A DNA stretch of 63,925 nucleotides, counting the filler, from Phoronis australis (Eukaryota; Animalia; Phoronida): NCBI GenBank assembly GCA_002633005.1. It is 5 parts of 5 records of this genome, joined end to end, with 100 filler letters (N's around TTAATTAATTAA, not from the genome) between each part and the next. Parts side by side here need not be neighbours in the genome. Positions count along the whole stretch, not along the records: positions 1 to 23,936 come from NMRA01000390.1; 4 more parts are not named here. One strand, 5' to 3'. Made by a program: the position numbers and the translations under genes. The notes below the pieces were generated by a model that had not been told where the DNA came from, did not search any database, and was given only the letters and a program-made list of their open reading frames with translations. Below are positions 1-13,630 of this stretch, piece by piece (positions within the stretch are counted from its first letter, which is position 1; every line of letters begins with the position of its first letter).

Positions 1-2353
1 CGTCAACATGAAATGTCACGGTGGCCAGAAAGTTCTGTCGGACACTGAAGAAAATTCAAACGCAGATAATGTAGCAGTGATGGCGGACTGGGGTTTCCCT
101 GTGGACAATTTGGATTTACGCCTAATGGTGAAGGCTATTCTAGACAAAAGTGGTACAAACATAATTTCCCAGGGAAGGAATGGGTTCACAGTTTCGAGAA
201 AAGGCATAAGCAAACCCCCGCAAGTAGAACATGTCAAAACATAAATCGTGCCAGAGCAAAAGTTAGTAGCAAAACCGTCGAACAGTTTATTGGAAACCTC
301 GAGAAAACCTTGCACGGACTTCAACCGTCTCACATATTAACTATGATGAGACAAATTTGAATAACGACCCAGGTCGTAAGCGATGCATCTTTCGACGAGG
401 AATTAGATACCCTGAACGTATCCGGAACTTCACTGAGGATGCGTGTCACTAATGTTTAGTGGAACTGCGAAAGGGGAAACATTACCACTGAACTTTGTTT
501 ACATGCGGGACACCTGGACCGAAGGTGGTCCCCGACTCACCCGTTACAACAGTACAAAATCTGGTTGGTTTGACTCGACAACACTTCAGACTGGTTCGAG
601 ACAATCATTGTGCCTTGGGCGAAAAGAATCCCTGAAATGAGGACCTGATTGGAGACAACCTGTCGTTTCATATCAATAAGACTGTTATTGAGCAATGCTC
701 AAAGCTTACGCCTTCGTCTGTCTTCCACCAAATAGCACACATCTACTCCTACCTCTGGATGTGGGCGTGTATTCCTCCGTCTCCGTTAAGAAGAACTGGC
801 GAGCGGTGTTGACTGAATGGAAATCTTGTGGCAAAGGACGTTCACATGCATCAGTTCCCAAAGATGAATTATCTTCTCTTCTCAAAAAGCTGATGTCGAG
901 GATGAGCAACAAACTCAATGAAAACATTATAAGCGGATTCCGAAAATGCGGCATCCATCCACTGGACAAGCAGCCCGTGTTGGATAGGTTACCACATATT
1001 CAGCAGCATCACATTCAACTTGTGAGAAATTCCGTTGCCCAGGTTGTGGTGGACAGGTTGGATAAAATGCGCCACGGCGAGAGCGACCAGCAACCTCAAA
1101 AGCCTACTAGACGAGTAGATGTTGAGTACGGAAAAAGCTCCGTCTATGAAATACAGGACTGAATTCAATTCACAACCCCTGATGGTTAAATACACAAGCA
1201 TTGGAGAAAACGCCGGCCATTATGATTGTATAATTTTCGGTCTCAGTTGCACAAAACTTCCTGAACAGTCTGAGACAGTTACTCCAAGCATGATTTCACC
1301 CCTGCATAATCATCTCAGTAAAAAGCCAAGTAATCGCACCCCTCAATCATCGAGTGTTAACATGAAAACATTGGGAAAGAAAGTGACAGAAACCAAAAGA
1401 ATGTCTAAAAAAGGTACTAAAAGGGCAAGACGTGTGGTTACTGAACGCCATATTTTTGATAAGGAATGGTTTTGTTTTGTGTGCGGCGAGACGACAGCAG
1501 AAGACGTGATCTTTTGTTGTACTTGTTTACGATGGGTTCACACTGAATGTGCAGGTGACATCGACTCAGATTATGAATGTGACAAATGCGCATCGTGAGT
1601 TTTCTGTGGCACAGATCACGATACATATGATTTTGTTTTCATCAAATCACGATTCTCGACATGATGTTTAAGGCGTTTGTGCAAAAGGCTGAAACAATAG
1701 GTTTAAGACCCAGCTTGTGTATTTCCCATAGTTTTGTAAGTTTGACAGAAGTGGAATAATTTTAGCTTAAATTGGTAGCACTTGTGAATTGTTTTTTATG
1801 ATGATTAAAGTTTCTATTCATATTCATTCCTTTTATTGCATTAAAATCATTTTAGAAGTGTTTTCGTCTATTGAACCATTAATAACCGATAACGAACTGG
1901 AAGTTAATTATAAGACATAATTATGTTCAATGTTATATGCTTTGCATATTGAAATGCTTCATTTTTTGCCCAGTTCCTGAAATCTTTTGATTCGAAGATT
2001 CGCGGCAGTCATGGGAAATGGTTTTACAGACTTAATACTTGTCAACCACTTATCAGTTTTGGGGGAACTACTGCAACATTTAATTTTAGTGTGTACAAAA
2101 AGATTACAATGCCAACTTTACCCGCTTTGGAGATTACAGTGCCAACTTTCTCTGCTTGGCAGACAAAGTTGGCATGTTACAAAAACCGTTAGATTAACCC
2201 TAAAAAATCAGAAATCCCAATCGGAAACTATTAATTTCGTTGTTGGGAATAGCTGTCCGGATTTTAAGCCCACAAACATTTCTCTCTATTACATATCTAA
2301 AAAGTAATTGAATAAAAAAGCCTAAAAACTGCCACTTTCACCCCATTTTACGG
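1..2353 (+). mobile_element. Degenerate pogo/Tigger-like DNA transposon (CENP-B HTH, DDE_1 transposase, C-terminal PHD finger); left end outside window
   Basis: Frameshifted fragments read ADWGFPVDNLDLR (HTH), NYDETNL..DPGRKR, WTEGGP..RYNSTKSGWFD, LIGDNLSFH and FVCLPPNSTHLLLPLDVG (DDE_1). Right TIR-like CTGCCACTTTCACCCCATTTTACGG at about 2329-2353; subterminal TGCCAACTTT repeats at about 2110-2175. Confidence 0.88.
8..1598 (+). pseudogene. pogo transposase pseudogene ending in a PHD finger
   Basis: ORF pieces 8-244, 443-640, 695-1162 and 1119-1598. The last ends WFCFVCGE..IFCCTCLRWVHTECAG..YECDKC (C4HC3). Confidence 0.85.
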
Positions 2354-3249
2354 GAATCAGTAACTAGTGGTAACCTACTTTAGCAGACGACATTTTCACT
2401 GTCGAAGCTTAGCATGATAATATGTATAGTAAGCTAGACTAGTTGCTATAACTTAATTTATAGATTCACTTTATTTCCGATTGGTTTTGAGTGAAAACAT
2501 TATTTTGTCAAGCGTTTCTTAAAAGGTCACGACCTCCGACCCCGGGCCTGTGACTTAGAAAGTAGTTACAAAGCCGCGGCGAGTCGAAAAAGGTAGATCG
2601 ATTCATTGCAATGTTTCTCGTTCAGTATGTGGTATAAATAGATTATTGCATGTTCTCAGTCGTTATCCCCCTTGTCTAGAGCCTGAGTGGATTTTGCAAA
2701 ATTATTGCTCGAGGGGCGTTAGCAATTCAATCTCATTTGTGTCTCATACCAAGTTAAGTTATTGACAAATGTAACGAACTGAATTTCAACAAACACGTTG
2801 TCATGACAATTTTGCAAATAAAGTCGAGGCAATTAAAAATCTTGCTGACGGAGCGTAAACCACAAGTATTCGACATTACCAGCTCGTGCTGGAAAATCGG
2901 CTGGCACTAAAGATTGGATAGCTACTTGCAGAGTTGAATTGTGGAAACAAATAGTATACAAACACCTACAACGCTCACTAGTTCCGTTGGCTGAAATCAG
3001 TACTTCTTGACGGAGAGTTATTGATCTTATGAATCTATTGGGTGAAAATAAATTATCAGTATACATACTCTGTTTGACTTACGTTGTTTGGCACTTCTAA
3101 AACATATTCATCAAGCTATCCTTCAAAAAGAAATACTCTCTGCTGTGGCTGAGCAACGATATTGCCAACAACAGGGGATGAGCGCTATTTCTCGCTCACA
3201 ACAGGTTAAATTGAGTGGTGTTTAGGCTACATGTTAAGCGCTTCACCAT

Positions 3250-3455
3250 AAATTGCCCATGGAAACTTCTTTGATATATAGCTATCACATGCATGGTATT
3301 CGTTATCCTCTGCAAAAAATGCGTGCAAAATATAAATATTTTTAAATGATGGTTACCTTGTACCAGCCCAGTAGCGTCTTGCACTTGCCAGTATACGCAA
3401 GCCAGAACCAGATGAAAATGACCAGGCATGTGCACATGTGGTTTTTAATGCTGCA
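3250..3455 (+). pseudogene. Possible decayed SWIM zinc-finger fragment, probably transposon-derived
   Basis: SCTCQ...(frameshift)...DQACAHVVLML fits CxC-xn-CxH; no intact ORF. Confidence 0.3.
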
Positions 3456-6400
3456 AGGGCAATCCTCAGAGAGACTGCATGATTAAGATGCATGTCTTGG
3501 GATTTGGGCTAAATTAATATTGTGTAAATAGACAGAGCAATTAGTGGCAACCTGAAGTGTCTGTCGTCTCACATCATGTCAAACACACAAAAAACGTCAC
3601 GACAAAACTTTGATAGCGACTTCCATGAACTTGAGCAGTCATAATACCACCTATGTTCAATGTTAGTAATCGTGGTGTTGTGGCTTATTTTAAGAAGGCA
3701 TTGCCTCACTCGTAGCTAGAGTTTATGTATTTTACAGAGTCGGGATATCTAAAGTGTGGTAATGACGTCCATATTGTCAAAATATTCATAGTGGACCAAA
3801 CTTTTTCATTCACGTTTTGATAAAAACATGAAAATTGGGGTACTTTGGCTAGTAAATTATGATGCGCTTATAAAAATGTGGCTAGCCTCCCTCTCCCTTA
3901 CGATCACCATAGCAACTTACTACCTGCCATCTTAGATTTTAAAAAATGCTGACTCAGCTATTTTGAAATAGCATATTTCATTTTGTTTGACATAATCGTT
4001 AACGTTAAATGCCGGGCACATAGCGTGACACAAAGACGTATACAACGGAGAAAAATGAGCGCAGCCCCATTGCATACCAAAATGGCCACCAGAGTCTCAT
4101 TGTAAGTATACTTGCTTTGGTTGTTCATCTCAAAAAATTGATATTCGTGTTATTATCTAAACGCATGTAATTTGGACTAAAGATTTTAATTATTATTTTA
4201 AAACCTTGCAAAATATCAGACGTAGAAGATTTCAAAATTATGGCCATAAAAAAACAATAGTGTGTGTTATGAACCAAAATTGTTCACTCTTTGATAAGAG
4301 CATGGAATTTAGTGTATACGTTAATATTTGAGGTGTTAAGTAAAATAAGACTAAGTGCCCGTCGCTATCACTATGGTAACTATCCCGCGATGTATTGGAT
4401 TTGAAAAACGGTGACATCTTATATTTTTGGCATACAAATTCATAACAGGTAAGAAATTTTTAATGATGAGACGTGCGCACAACCATATTGCCTATCAAAA
4501 CGGCTGCCACATTCTCATTACAATATACATGGTTCGGTTGTCAAGGGAAACACGTTACTCGACCAAAGTGCTAATTAATTACGCCAAAAAGCATTGTTGC
4601 TTCTGGTTTCTGTTTTTTAAATATAGTCGGTGTCGGGGTATATTTTAGTTGCTCCTGTTTTCGAAAAAGAAAACCATCGGAGGCCTGCAAAAATGAAGCG
4701 AGATTTGTATTTTTACTAATGGCTTGGCAAACCATGGCGTTTCAGACGACACGTTATCCTTGAGTAGGGCCTTTGACCAGCTTCAAAAATACGAGAGATT
4801 GCTTGAAATTGAGGCGGACAGGCTTTTTTGTCGGTGAGCGCACTGGTATAAAAATTCTTTGAGGACGGTGTTGACACTGGTCGAGACTAACAATGTTTTT
4901 TGGCTTCATAATGAATTAATACCAAAATAATTGTTTAAAACTCATTAAAACATATCACTATACTGGATTTTAAAACAATCAAACCAAGAGCGAATGATAT
5001 AGTTGTGCCAGAATTTCATCAACATGCGTCTAACTTCATTGGTAGTCATTCAAAATGGACAGGAAACTTGTCTATGAACTTTTTGTTTGAGTAGCTACTT
5101 TCAACCTACATCAAATTCACTGAAACATCAATATCTTAATTATTTGCTTAAATTTGACAATTAGTTCAGTTGAATTTGCAGTCGATTCAACAGATAAGCA
5201 ACTGCAATGAGATATTACAATAAACTTATCAGTCAAGTCGAAGCCGGAAGCCGTGGCCTTAAGACTTGAACCTAAACCGTTAATTTCATGCAGCGGTGGG
5301 ACTTGGCGAATACCAGTTAGTTAAAGACGACTTCAAATTCCCGGTCGGACAACTGCAATCCGAGTCTCGCTCGCTCAAGTCGCCAAACGCGACCTCGTGC
5401 TCCCAGATTGCAGTGGACGATCAAGTACCGACTACATGTAATCGATCTGATCTCCTTTTTGATACTGACCAATCATAGCTTCACTTATCTTTCATGACGT
5501 CACACGAAACCGAATGAAATTCCGCTGTTTGGAGGTCGAACCATGCATTCAAACATTTGCTATCGATCAGACAATTCCAGCGAACCCCATCACTATCTAC
5601 GGGCGGTTGTCTAATTTAGCTAAAATCCTTAGTCATCACATTCATTCCAACCAAACGGGAGGCACCACTGACTGGTCCTTAGCATGCATTCAGGTAGTCA
5701 CGTTTGACTGTTAGCTCACAGAAGGGCTCGTATGTCGCGTCGCCCATTTAAAACCTCAGAGAAACGGAACGCGCCTTTTAAGTTTCTGCAGGTTATTGCT
5801 GACTTGCAATTTTAAAATCAATGTTTTTCTGCAGCAAATTTTCTGCGGCGATTGCTGAAAGCATACTTATCAGGGAGAGAGCATGCAACTCAGGACATTT
5901 CTTATTACAAAATTAAGGGCGCCTGTTCCATTTTTATAGAAAGGATGTGCAATAAAGAAAATAAAGAAACATGCCAGTAATTTCAGAAGTAAATTAGTAT
6001 TAAAAACCACTTGTTTACGGCTGTCAGCGCCCTGCCATGTACACACAGCCACCACACAAACCCAAGTTTTATAGTTTGGTCCGCTCAGGGACTGTCGTGA
6101 AAACAACTCGTCTTCAAATAATTCCTCGTAATTATGGCTCGCAAGTCTTCTCTTATTAATCTAAATTGGTGACAGCGTTTGTCATAAACGTCACTATTGT
6201 GCAAAACACTTATCTTGGCATTTTTCCTCTCACACAGACATTTTGCGTCAAAATGCACCACTTCGAACAGAGAATGAACATAACAAGTTTTGTGTTCAGT
6301 GTTGGATACTGCGAATGTGCTGTCTCACTTTCCACCCTATGGTCGACTCTCAGACGAATACAGAAATAATCTTTAATGTCTCCACGACCCCAAACTATGA

Positions 6401-6671
6401 TTTTCTTGGATCAAGGAAAATTCACTATCTATACGAAAATTTGGCCACATTTAAAAACAGAACGTGAAGCGTTTTGCTCCAAAGTTGGGACAAAATGTGT
6501 TTTCACGCTGTCTCACACATCTAGGCCGATTCATCGTTTTGTAAATGAAGAAGACCGTGCAAATGGCTATTCAGATACTCAAAAGAGCTTGTTTTTGTTT
6601 TATGACAAAAATATGTCATTTATTTAGTCATTATTTAGAGTTAATTATTATGGCATTATCAATGCTTTCCT

Positions 6672-6711
6672 TTGAAACACCTTGGAACACCTTGAAACAC
6701 CTTGGAACACC
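6672..6711. repeat. 10-bp tandem repeat (TTGRAACACC)x4
   Basis: Directly visible. Confidence 0.85.
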
Positions 6712-7828
6712 ATTTATAATTTTCTCTTGTCACATCTAGCCAATGTTCATTTCGATGTTATTTTGTTTGTTTTTAAATATTTCAGATGCCATAAAAACTC
6801 GCCATATGTTGTTTTTTTCTCATTAACTTTACTTCAATTTTGTACGAACAGTTTTTTTGCTAAAGCATGTAAATTTAAGTTCTTATAGCCCAGATGAGTA
6901 AATTGTTGAGAAAGAGGTGACCATCTTTGAATCCAAGATAGCCACGTGTCTTGTCCTATTTGATTTTACGTGTGCTAAAGTACAGTCATGTATACAAAAT
7001 TTCGCGTTTTTATATCAAAAAGTGAACAATTTGTTCATGTTTAGGTCTTATTCGTTGCTCTATAACAGTGTCAACGAACAACATCAGTTATTTCGAATGC
7101 CATAAAAACGTGCTCCTTGAATGTAAATATGTTTAGGTGACAGTTGAAGTGGGCAAAACTTGTTCCAGGTGCAAGTTGTTCCAACGAAAATGCCCGTAAA
7201 TGTGCTATATTCTGGACCACATCTTATCACCACGGTTGCAATTTCACACTTGCTGTTTACTCTAACTCAGTATGTGGTTTAGTCCCAAACCAGCCGGTTC
7301 AGGAATCAAGTTGCTGTGTAAACGCAACAAGAAACAGGGAGTAGCTCTTAGGTGCACACAAGGGTTACACAGTTATGCCATGGGAGCGTTCGGTGGACGC
7401 AAAATACTCGCGAAAACGCAAGACCACGCAAAATCCTCTTACTGAAATGCCACTGAGTGTTTTGCAAGTTTACAGGTAACTCGGGAAATTACTAGCGTAC
7501 TCTAGTAAATTGGCGGCCATTGATCATGAAGTGATCATGGTCGATGAGGTTGGTATATTTACATGTGAATGTGACAGAAAGCATTGTTTCCGTTCCATAA
7601 GCGAAGATCTCGTACACTCTTTCACAGTGCTTGACGAAAGGTAGCACTGTGGAATGTTGTTTAACATGACTTCTCATTGGTTAAAGTTATGAAAACAACG
7701 TCATAACATTCAGTCGTTCTCACTGGTTGTAATCCGGGGAACCCCTTTCAGTTTACTGTTACGTAGTATGTCGACCACCGTTGACTTGAATAGTTGCAAT
7801 ATATTTTAATATATTTTAAAAAAGGGCA

Positions 7829-8480
7829 ATGATTGAAGTAAACAAAATCAGGGGAACCTCGATCCAGTGGCTTAAGCCCAAACAAGTACAGTGCATAATA
7901 GCGTGTACAAGTGGTGTCGATGTGATCGGTATACTTCCGACCACGTCTTGCGCATTGATGCCCACACACGGAATCCCGTGTGTCGTAATCATGTTTCCAC
8001 AGGGCCACTTTTCAGTATAGGTGGCGCTGTGTCAGAGGGTAGTTCCCTGCATCGGTACATATCGCGAAGTTGCGTTCTGTTAGTCCCAAACACTCGCAAA
8101 GTACTAGAGCGGCTAAAAGTGAAGTTATTAGGCCTACACCCTGTGATTTTGAATAACATACCGTCCTGTTCCAAGTTCTCTGAGTAGAGGCTGGCAACAC
8201 AGAACACTTAGCACAAGGCAGATGAACGGGGATAATCACCGGGTTGGATATAACGTACCCCAATGTTGAGAACCTGTTTTCTCCACTAAATAACCGGAAT
8301 CAAACTTGTTTTTAAAGTATGGGCACGTTATATCCGACTATTTCCGAACGAGGTACCATTACCAACACCTAACCACAGATGTACGAACAGCCCGGCTAGT
8401 ATGTACAGAAATGGATGTCTGCCGCTACCTGCATTCTGGTGTGGTTCCTACAGGGACCATCCGAAGGCACCAAATTGAGC
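7829..8480 (+). pseudogene. Degenerate RecQ-like helicase fragment (possibly AcademH transposon-derived)
   Basis: WLKPKQVQCIIACTSGVDVIGILPT resembles the RecQ start LKPxQ...GxDV...LPT(GxGKS); CVVIMFP resembles motif Ia. The Walker A GKS is missing and there are many disruptions. Confidence 0.42.
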
Positions 8481-10951
8481 TATACTGTATTAGACAAGTA
8501 TATTAGACATTCGAGGTACCTGCTAAAAGTGATTTGAAATGAACAATCGTGCCACATTGACTAACCAGTGACTCAATGACAGACGAGCTGAACTCTGGAG
8601 AGGTTTAAAGTGAGGACACCCCCAAAATTCATCTAGCTCAGACAATTACAAACATTCATATGTACAGGCTGGCAACTGATCATTAAATGGCCAGTGACAG
8701 ACAAAATGCAGTTTTTGGATTGGGCCCGTCACAAACCCCCAAACATCTCGCTCACGGACTAATGTCAATAGTTTGAGCTAGGCTATATTGGACCGTCTAA
8801 CCTGGTCGAAAATGAACAATAGTGCCCCAATGACCTCCGAATGACCCTTGACAGGAAAAGTGGTCTTCAGAAAGGGTCAGAAACCCAAACTGAACCCCAA
8901 AATTGAGAAAGCATTCGATGCACCACAAAACACATTTCCACGTGATTCGTCATTTGACCGAAACTGCACATATGCACTTTGTCTGGCGAAGTTCACAAAA
9001 TTCTAAAATTACCAGACTATTCCAGTCACAACTGCCTCTGTGTAATTCTGGTGTGTAAAAGGGGTCCAGCCGCAATGCCAAAACGTTACACGGTCGAAAT
9101 CTCGAGGATCGTTACCATTAAAATATGACAAATCGTAGTATATTATATTTAGGGTTTAGCATGTCGAAAATAATGACAACAGGCAGGCCAATTATCTACC
9201 AGGCTTAGTACAGACCACGAGTGAACACTCATTTCACTTAGACTTGGCGACGCGGCTACCGATGACGTCCGCCAGTCGAAACTTTCAAGCTTATGGCCAA
9301 GAACTGTAGATAGAGAAGGTGTCCCTCAAAATGCAATTTTATGAGTACTCCGGCGGTATAGTATACGGACACCTAAAGTGAGCAAATATCCCCCGGAATA
9401 CCCGTGCGGCTTCAGATCGAAAAATTAGTCATGCACGCACCCAGACTCCCCCAGTTTGGGTGTGCTCGACTGAATTCTGACCAAGTGAACCTTTTGCTAA
9501 CAGAAAAGCTGGAGGACTAAAAAAAACGGGGTACCACCTTCAGTACTGTGAACTGTGCTGGGTGCGCGCATATACATTCGGCGTCTACTGTTATGACAGT
9601 AATGACCAACTTGCCCCTAGGATCCAATATATTTCGCGCAGGCTCACTTCCAACCTAAGGGACCGAAAACTGACGACCAGGAGCAGAGTGTTCTGCAAAC
9701 GTAATTTCTTGCGTAAAAAAGCAAGACCTCGCACTAGTGATCGAAACGCAAGTGCGTGAGTATGCTCGGGAGCCCTCAGCCTGTCCTAGTAAAATACCTA
9801 CAATGATTGGAATTTGTTGAATACACGTACGAGCCCACGGTTTCGTTATATTTAATATGGTAGAAACCATTTTCCCACGTAAGTGGAAGGGAGAGTAAGG
9901 CCTGAAGAAACCAACATTTTTCAAAAAACTATCGATTGTGTTGTCAAATGGTTGCAGCTGTGCCACTTCCAAAATATGCAGAATTGTCTTTCCGAGAGAC
10001 TCGAGTGCTCAGTTTTGGAGGCCATTAAAATGCCGGCCATCAACCCCAAAAATCCGGTAATTTGTAACTGGCCACGTTTTCACCCCATGACTGACAAAGC
10101 CCATCTCATGGTAGTATTGATTATGCTAGTAGGCCCAAGACATAGGCAGGCACGGCCTAGCGAAGCCGAGATCCGAGGGCACTAAAGGGCTAACTTTGAT
10201 GAATAATATCCGACGAAAGATTCTATGTCCAAGCAACCATTAAATTAGTTGTCAAGCGCTGATTTCGTCATCTACCTCCTATTTTAAGAGAAATCAGCAT
10301 TTGATTGCTGTATCACCACAGAGCGCAATATATCGGATCGTTTGCTCTTCCTTAGTATTAGCCGGCGAGAGCGCACACGCAAGCTGTGCATCTGCTCAAT
10401 TCGAAACCGTGGACTCGTGCATTGTGGGACAGAGCTAATGAATTATGGAATTTAATTCACTCTTTCCGTTCCATAAACGAAGATTTCTGCCACAAGAGTA
10501 ATCAAAATTGTTGCGGTCTGCGGAAGTCAAACACTAAACACGTTGTGTGTCAGTGTGTGCATGAACGGGTTCTTCCGGTTTTTGCCTAACAATTCCGACT
10601 CCCGTCTGTTAACTTCGTGTAGTATTTGAGTACGTGAGATGCAGAGTGGCAAATCGAGCATCGTCTTACGCGTATGTAAATTGCAGTTTTAGAAATCTGA
10701 CACTAAAGCAATAAAGACGAAATGGATGTTGACACAATTAGATGAACAGAGAATGAGACTTCAGTATTTCTTGAAATTCTTGTTTATTGAAAATCTAAAA
10801 ACTCAGTTGTTGCTAAATGGAAAAAAAGACACAGATATTGCAAGTTTCGTGCGGCAAATTCATGTCATTGGAAGTTGTGAAGATTTCAGTCCGTAGAAAG
10901 TCTCGAATTTTTCAAACCAAAAACACAGTCACGTAATTATAAAGGTCTGGC

Positions 10952-11202
10952 GGGCCCATTCCAAGAAAGTGTCTTATGCGTACGTTCATTTTTGACTAAG
11001 TCTGAGATTTGTCTCAACTTCCAAACACTGAAATTTCCAAATCCGGTAAGATAGTCAAAATCAAGACAAAACTTAAGTAAAAAAATTAAGTCAAACTTAG
11101 ATCTTTTTTTGAAATGAATTTGATACATATTTAAGTTTTATCTTAAAATTGACTGAAATTTAAGACTTGTCTTAGCTAAACCAGTTTTCTTGGAACGGGC
11201 CC
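10952..11202. mobile_element. PIF/Harbinger-like MITE, copy 1
   Basis: TIRs GGGCCCATTCCAAGAAA ... TTTCTTGGAACGGGCCC; CTG follows the right end and lies 2 nt before the left end. Inverted homologue at 61668-61919. Confidence 0.8.
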
Positions 11203-12923
11203 CTGGACAATATTTTCGTACAGGGGCATGAAATAAACTTTTGTGATCATCCATGGTTTGACGTTAAAATGAACATGTGTCCAAAGCTTTTTACCAAACT
11301 GTTTTTGTTATGCCAATATAAAGCACACATGGGATTCAGTGTCGCCAAGGTACTAAAAGCATGACAGACAGCTATGACAAGCTCTCATTTCGTCAAGGAC
11401 CATGGTCCCCGCTTAAAATGACGCGACAAGCCGACCTACACTGTAGAATGCCTGATTTCAAGCAATAACCAACTGTAAGTTCTTTCAGAGCCCTGGGATC
11501 GTCTTTAATTTACCTTAATTTCACAACGGCAAAGTGGTCTAAATCAAAAATAAGTTTTTGTGATAGCATGCGTTTTAATGGTGACTTTAAAAGAAAGGTC
11601 TCCTTCAAAACGTACGCGTTTTCAGTAAGTCAACAGGTTTCCACCTTGTAACGGGTTGTTCTGTAATTTTGTGGAATGTCTTCGGCCCTCCTGAAACTTA
11701 GTCAACACTTTAATTACTATTTTGTCAAACAAAGAAAACAGTTATTAAGAATATTCAGAAGTGACTTACATGGTCATCTTAAATCAGCCAAAATATTATG
11801 TAAAAGCGTGGGCTATAAAAAAATCTACATTCTCGCCAAACCATTCCTTTAGAATTTTGAATATCCGATGGTAATTTCCGAAAACTGCAGGGATATTGCT
11901 ACCCCTGTATTACAATGGGGAGTGGTCCAGTGACACAGGTAAAATGCCAGGTCAATGTTACAATCACAAAAATAAACTGAAAATTCACTAGGCCATGTCA
12001 GTTATGTGGAAAACAATAATGGGGCTTAATATATCGATAAATAAGTACTTTGTGCTTCTGTTAAGTTTTGAAATCAATAAATGCAACTCAGCGATCGTCA
12101 GTGAAAATCTCTAAGAAGCAAAGGGACCCGGTCGACGAAGTGAGGTGCTCCAACTGCCCTTAGAGTGCATTGCCACCCCTCTCACCCCGTCGACTACAGA
12201 CATTACCTTCAGTATCCCACACGCAAACATTTTTCGCCCACTCCCCCAACCACAGCTGAAGAAAACTTCCGTTACCTGATGAATTTAAACCATCTCAGCT
12301 ACGTATGAAAGCCACAGGATGCTATGATCTGAAGTGATTTTGTGGATTTGCCGTACCAAATGTCCTTTTCCAAGGTGCTGTGCTCTTCATGAAAAATCTA
12401 GGCGATCAATAGACGGGCAGAATTTTCATGATATTAGACGAGGCAAATGAAACTGAACCAAGCTGCAATAGCAGTGAAGAATCTGGCAGGACTAAAACTA
12501 GCGAACGTAGTTTATTGGGGTTAAGCGGGGTAAACAAATTGGTCAGCATCAGAGCATCGACACAGTGATTTTAACGTATCTGTTCTTTGGTTACTTTATA
12601 TTTAGTTAAAACGCGTTTGCTGTGAAAGTGTTGTTATTACTATTTCTAGTTCATTCTGGCAGGCCAATCCCTCGGGCAGACTCACAAGTGACCAATTTTC
12701 TGTACCGGTTCATTTACAAGTGGTTTCATGTGGTACCCCAAATGTTGGAGCTAGCTTAATTTCGGTTGGGGGGAGTGATTTGATACTTAAATATCTAGTC
12801 TGATTCAGATGCTAACAACAGTGAGTGAATCGGAAATGATTGAGATTTTCCAACAGGCCCCAATCAGAGTGTATTTTATCTGCCACGACGGGTCATTCAG
12901 TGATCAGTAGCGTCTACTGAATA

Positions 12924-13630
12924 ATTTATGATCGACATATGACCCGAATGATAGAAAAATGATACGTGCGTAGCAAGCTCATTACCAGAGATGAAAACGG
13001 GAGACCGAGGTAGGCGAAATAAGGTCATTTTTTATGACTTTTACATACAATTACGAGTAAATATAATGAATACATATAAGTAAAATACAAATGGTAATCC
13101 CTGGTAAGATGGGCAACAACAAAAAAGCCGGCCACGTGGAAGTACGAGGGAACGACGAGAACTGGGAGGTACAGGGTGGGAAAATTAATAAACTTTGGAA
13201 AGTACGACAGTGTGGCTGGAACAAAGGTGAACTGAAAACCAGATTATAATAACAAAGAAAAACGCCTAAAAACACGTGACAATCATCAGCCTATGAGAGC
13301 CAAGAGCTGACAAATACGAAGCATGGAAAATCGACGTGTAGTCCTACACAAAGGAATAATGGAATAGACCGAAATGATGGCCGGGAAAGGAGTGAAACTG
13401 GTCCATATGCCCACATAAATATATTTAACGAGTGAAATACCATTTATGATCGACATACGTCCCGAATAATAGATAAATGATACGTGCGTCGCAAGCTCGT
13501 TGCCAGGGATGAAAAGAGACAGAGGTAGGCCTTATAAGGTCATTTATTATGACTAATACAATTACAACTAAAAATAATAAGTAAATAAAATACAAATGGT
13601 AATCTCTGGTAAGATGGACAAAAAAGCGCC
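12924..13630. repeat. Diverged ~200-bp direct repeat pair (about 12924-13128 and 13442-13628)
   Basis: Shared ATTTATGATCGACATA...ATGATACGTGCGT.GCAAGCTC...AAATACAAATGGTAATC.CTGGTAAGATGG. Confidence 0.85.

Noticed and set aside
6243-6627. Cys-containing short ORFs as a zinc-finger or KolX fragment
   Set aside because: Cys spacing fits no family convincingly and there is no splice support.
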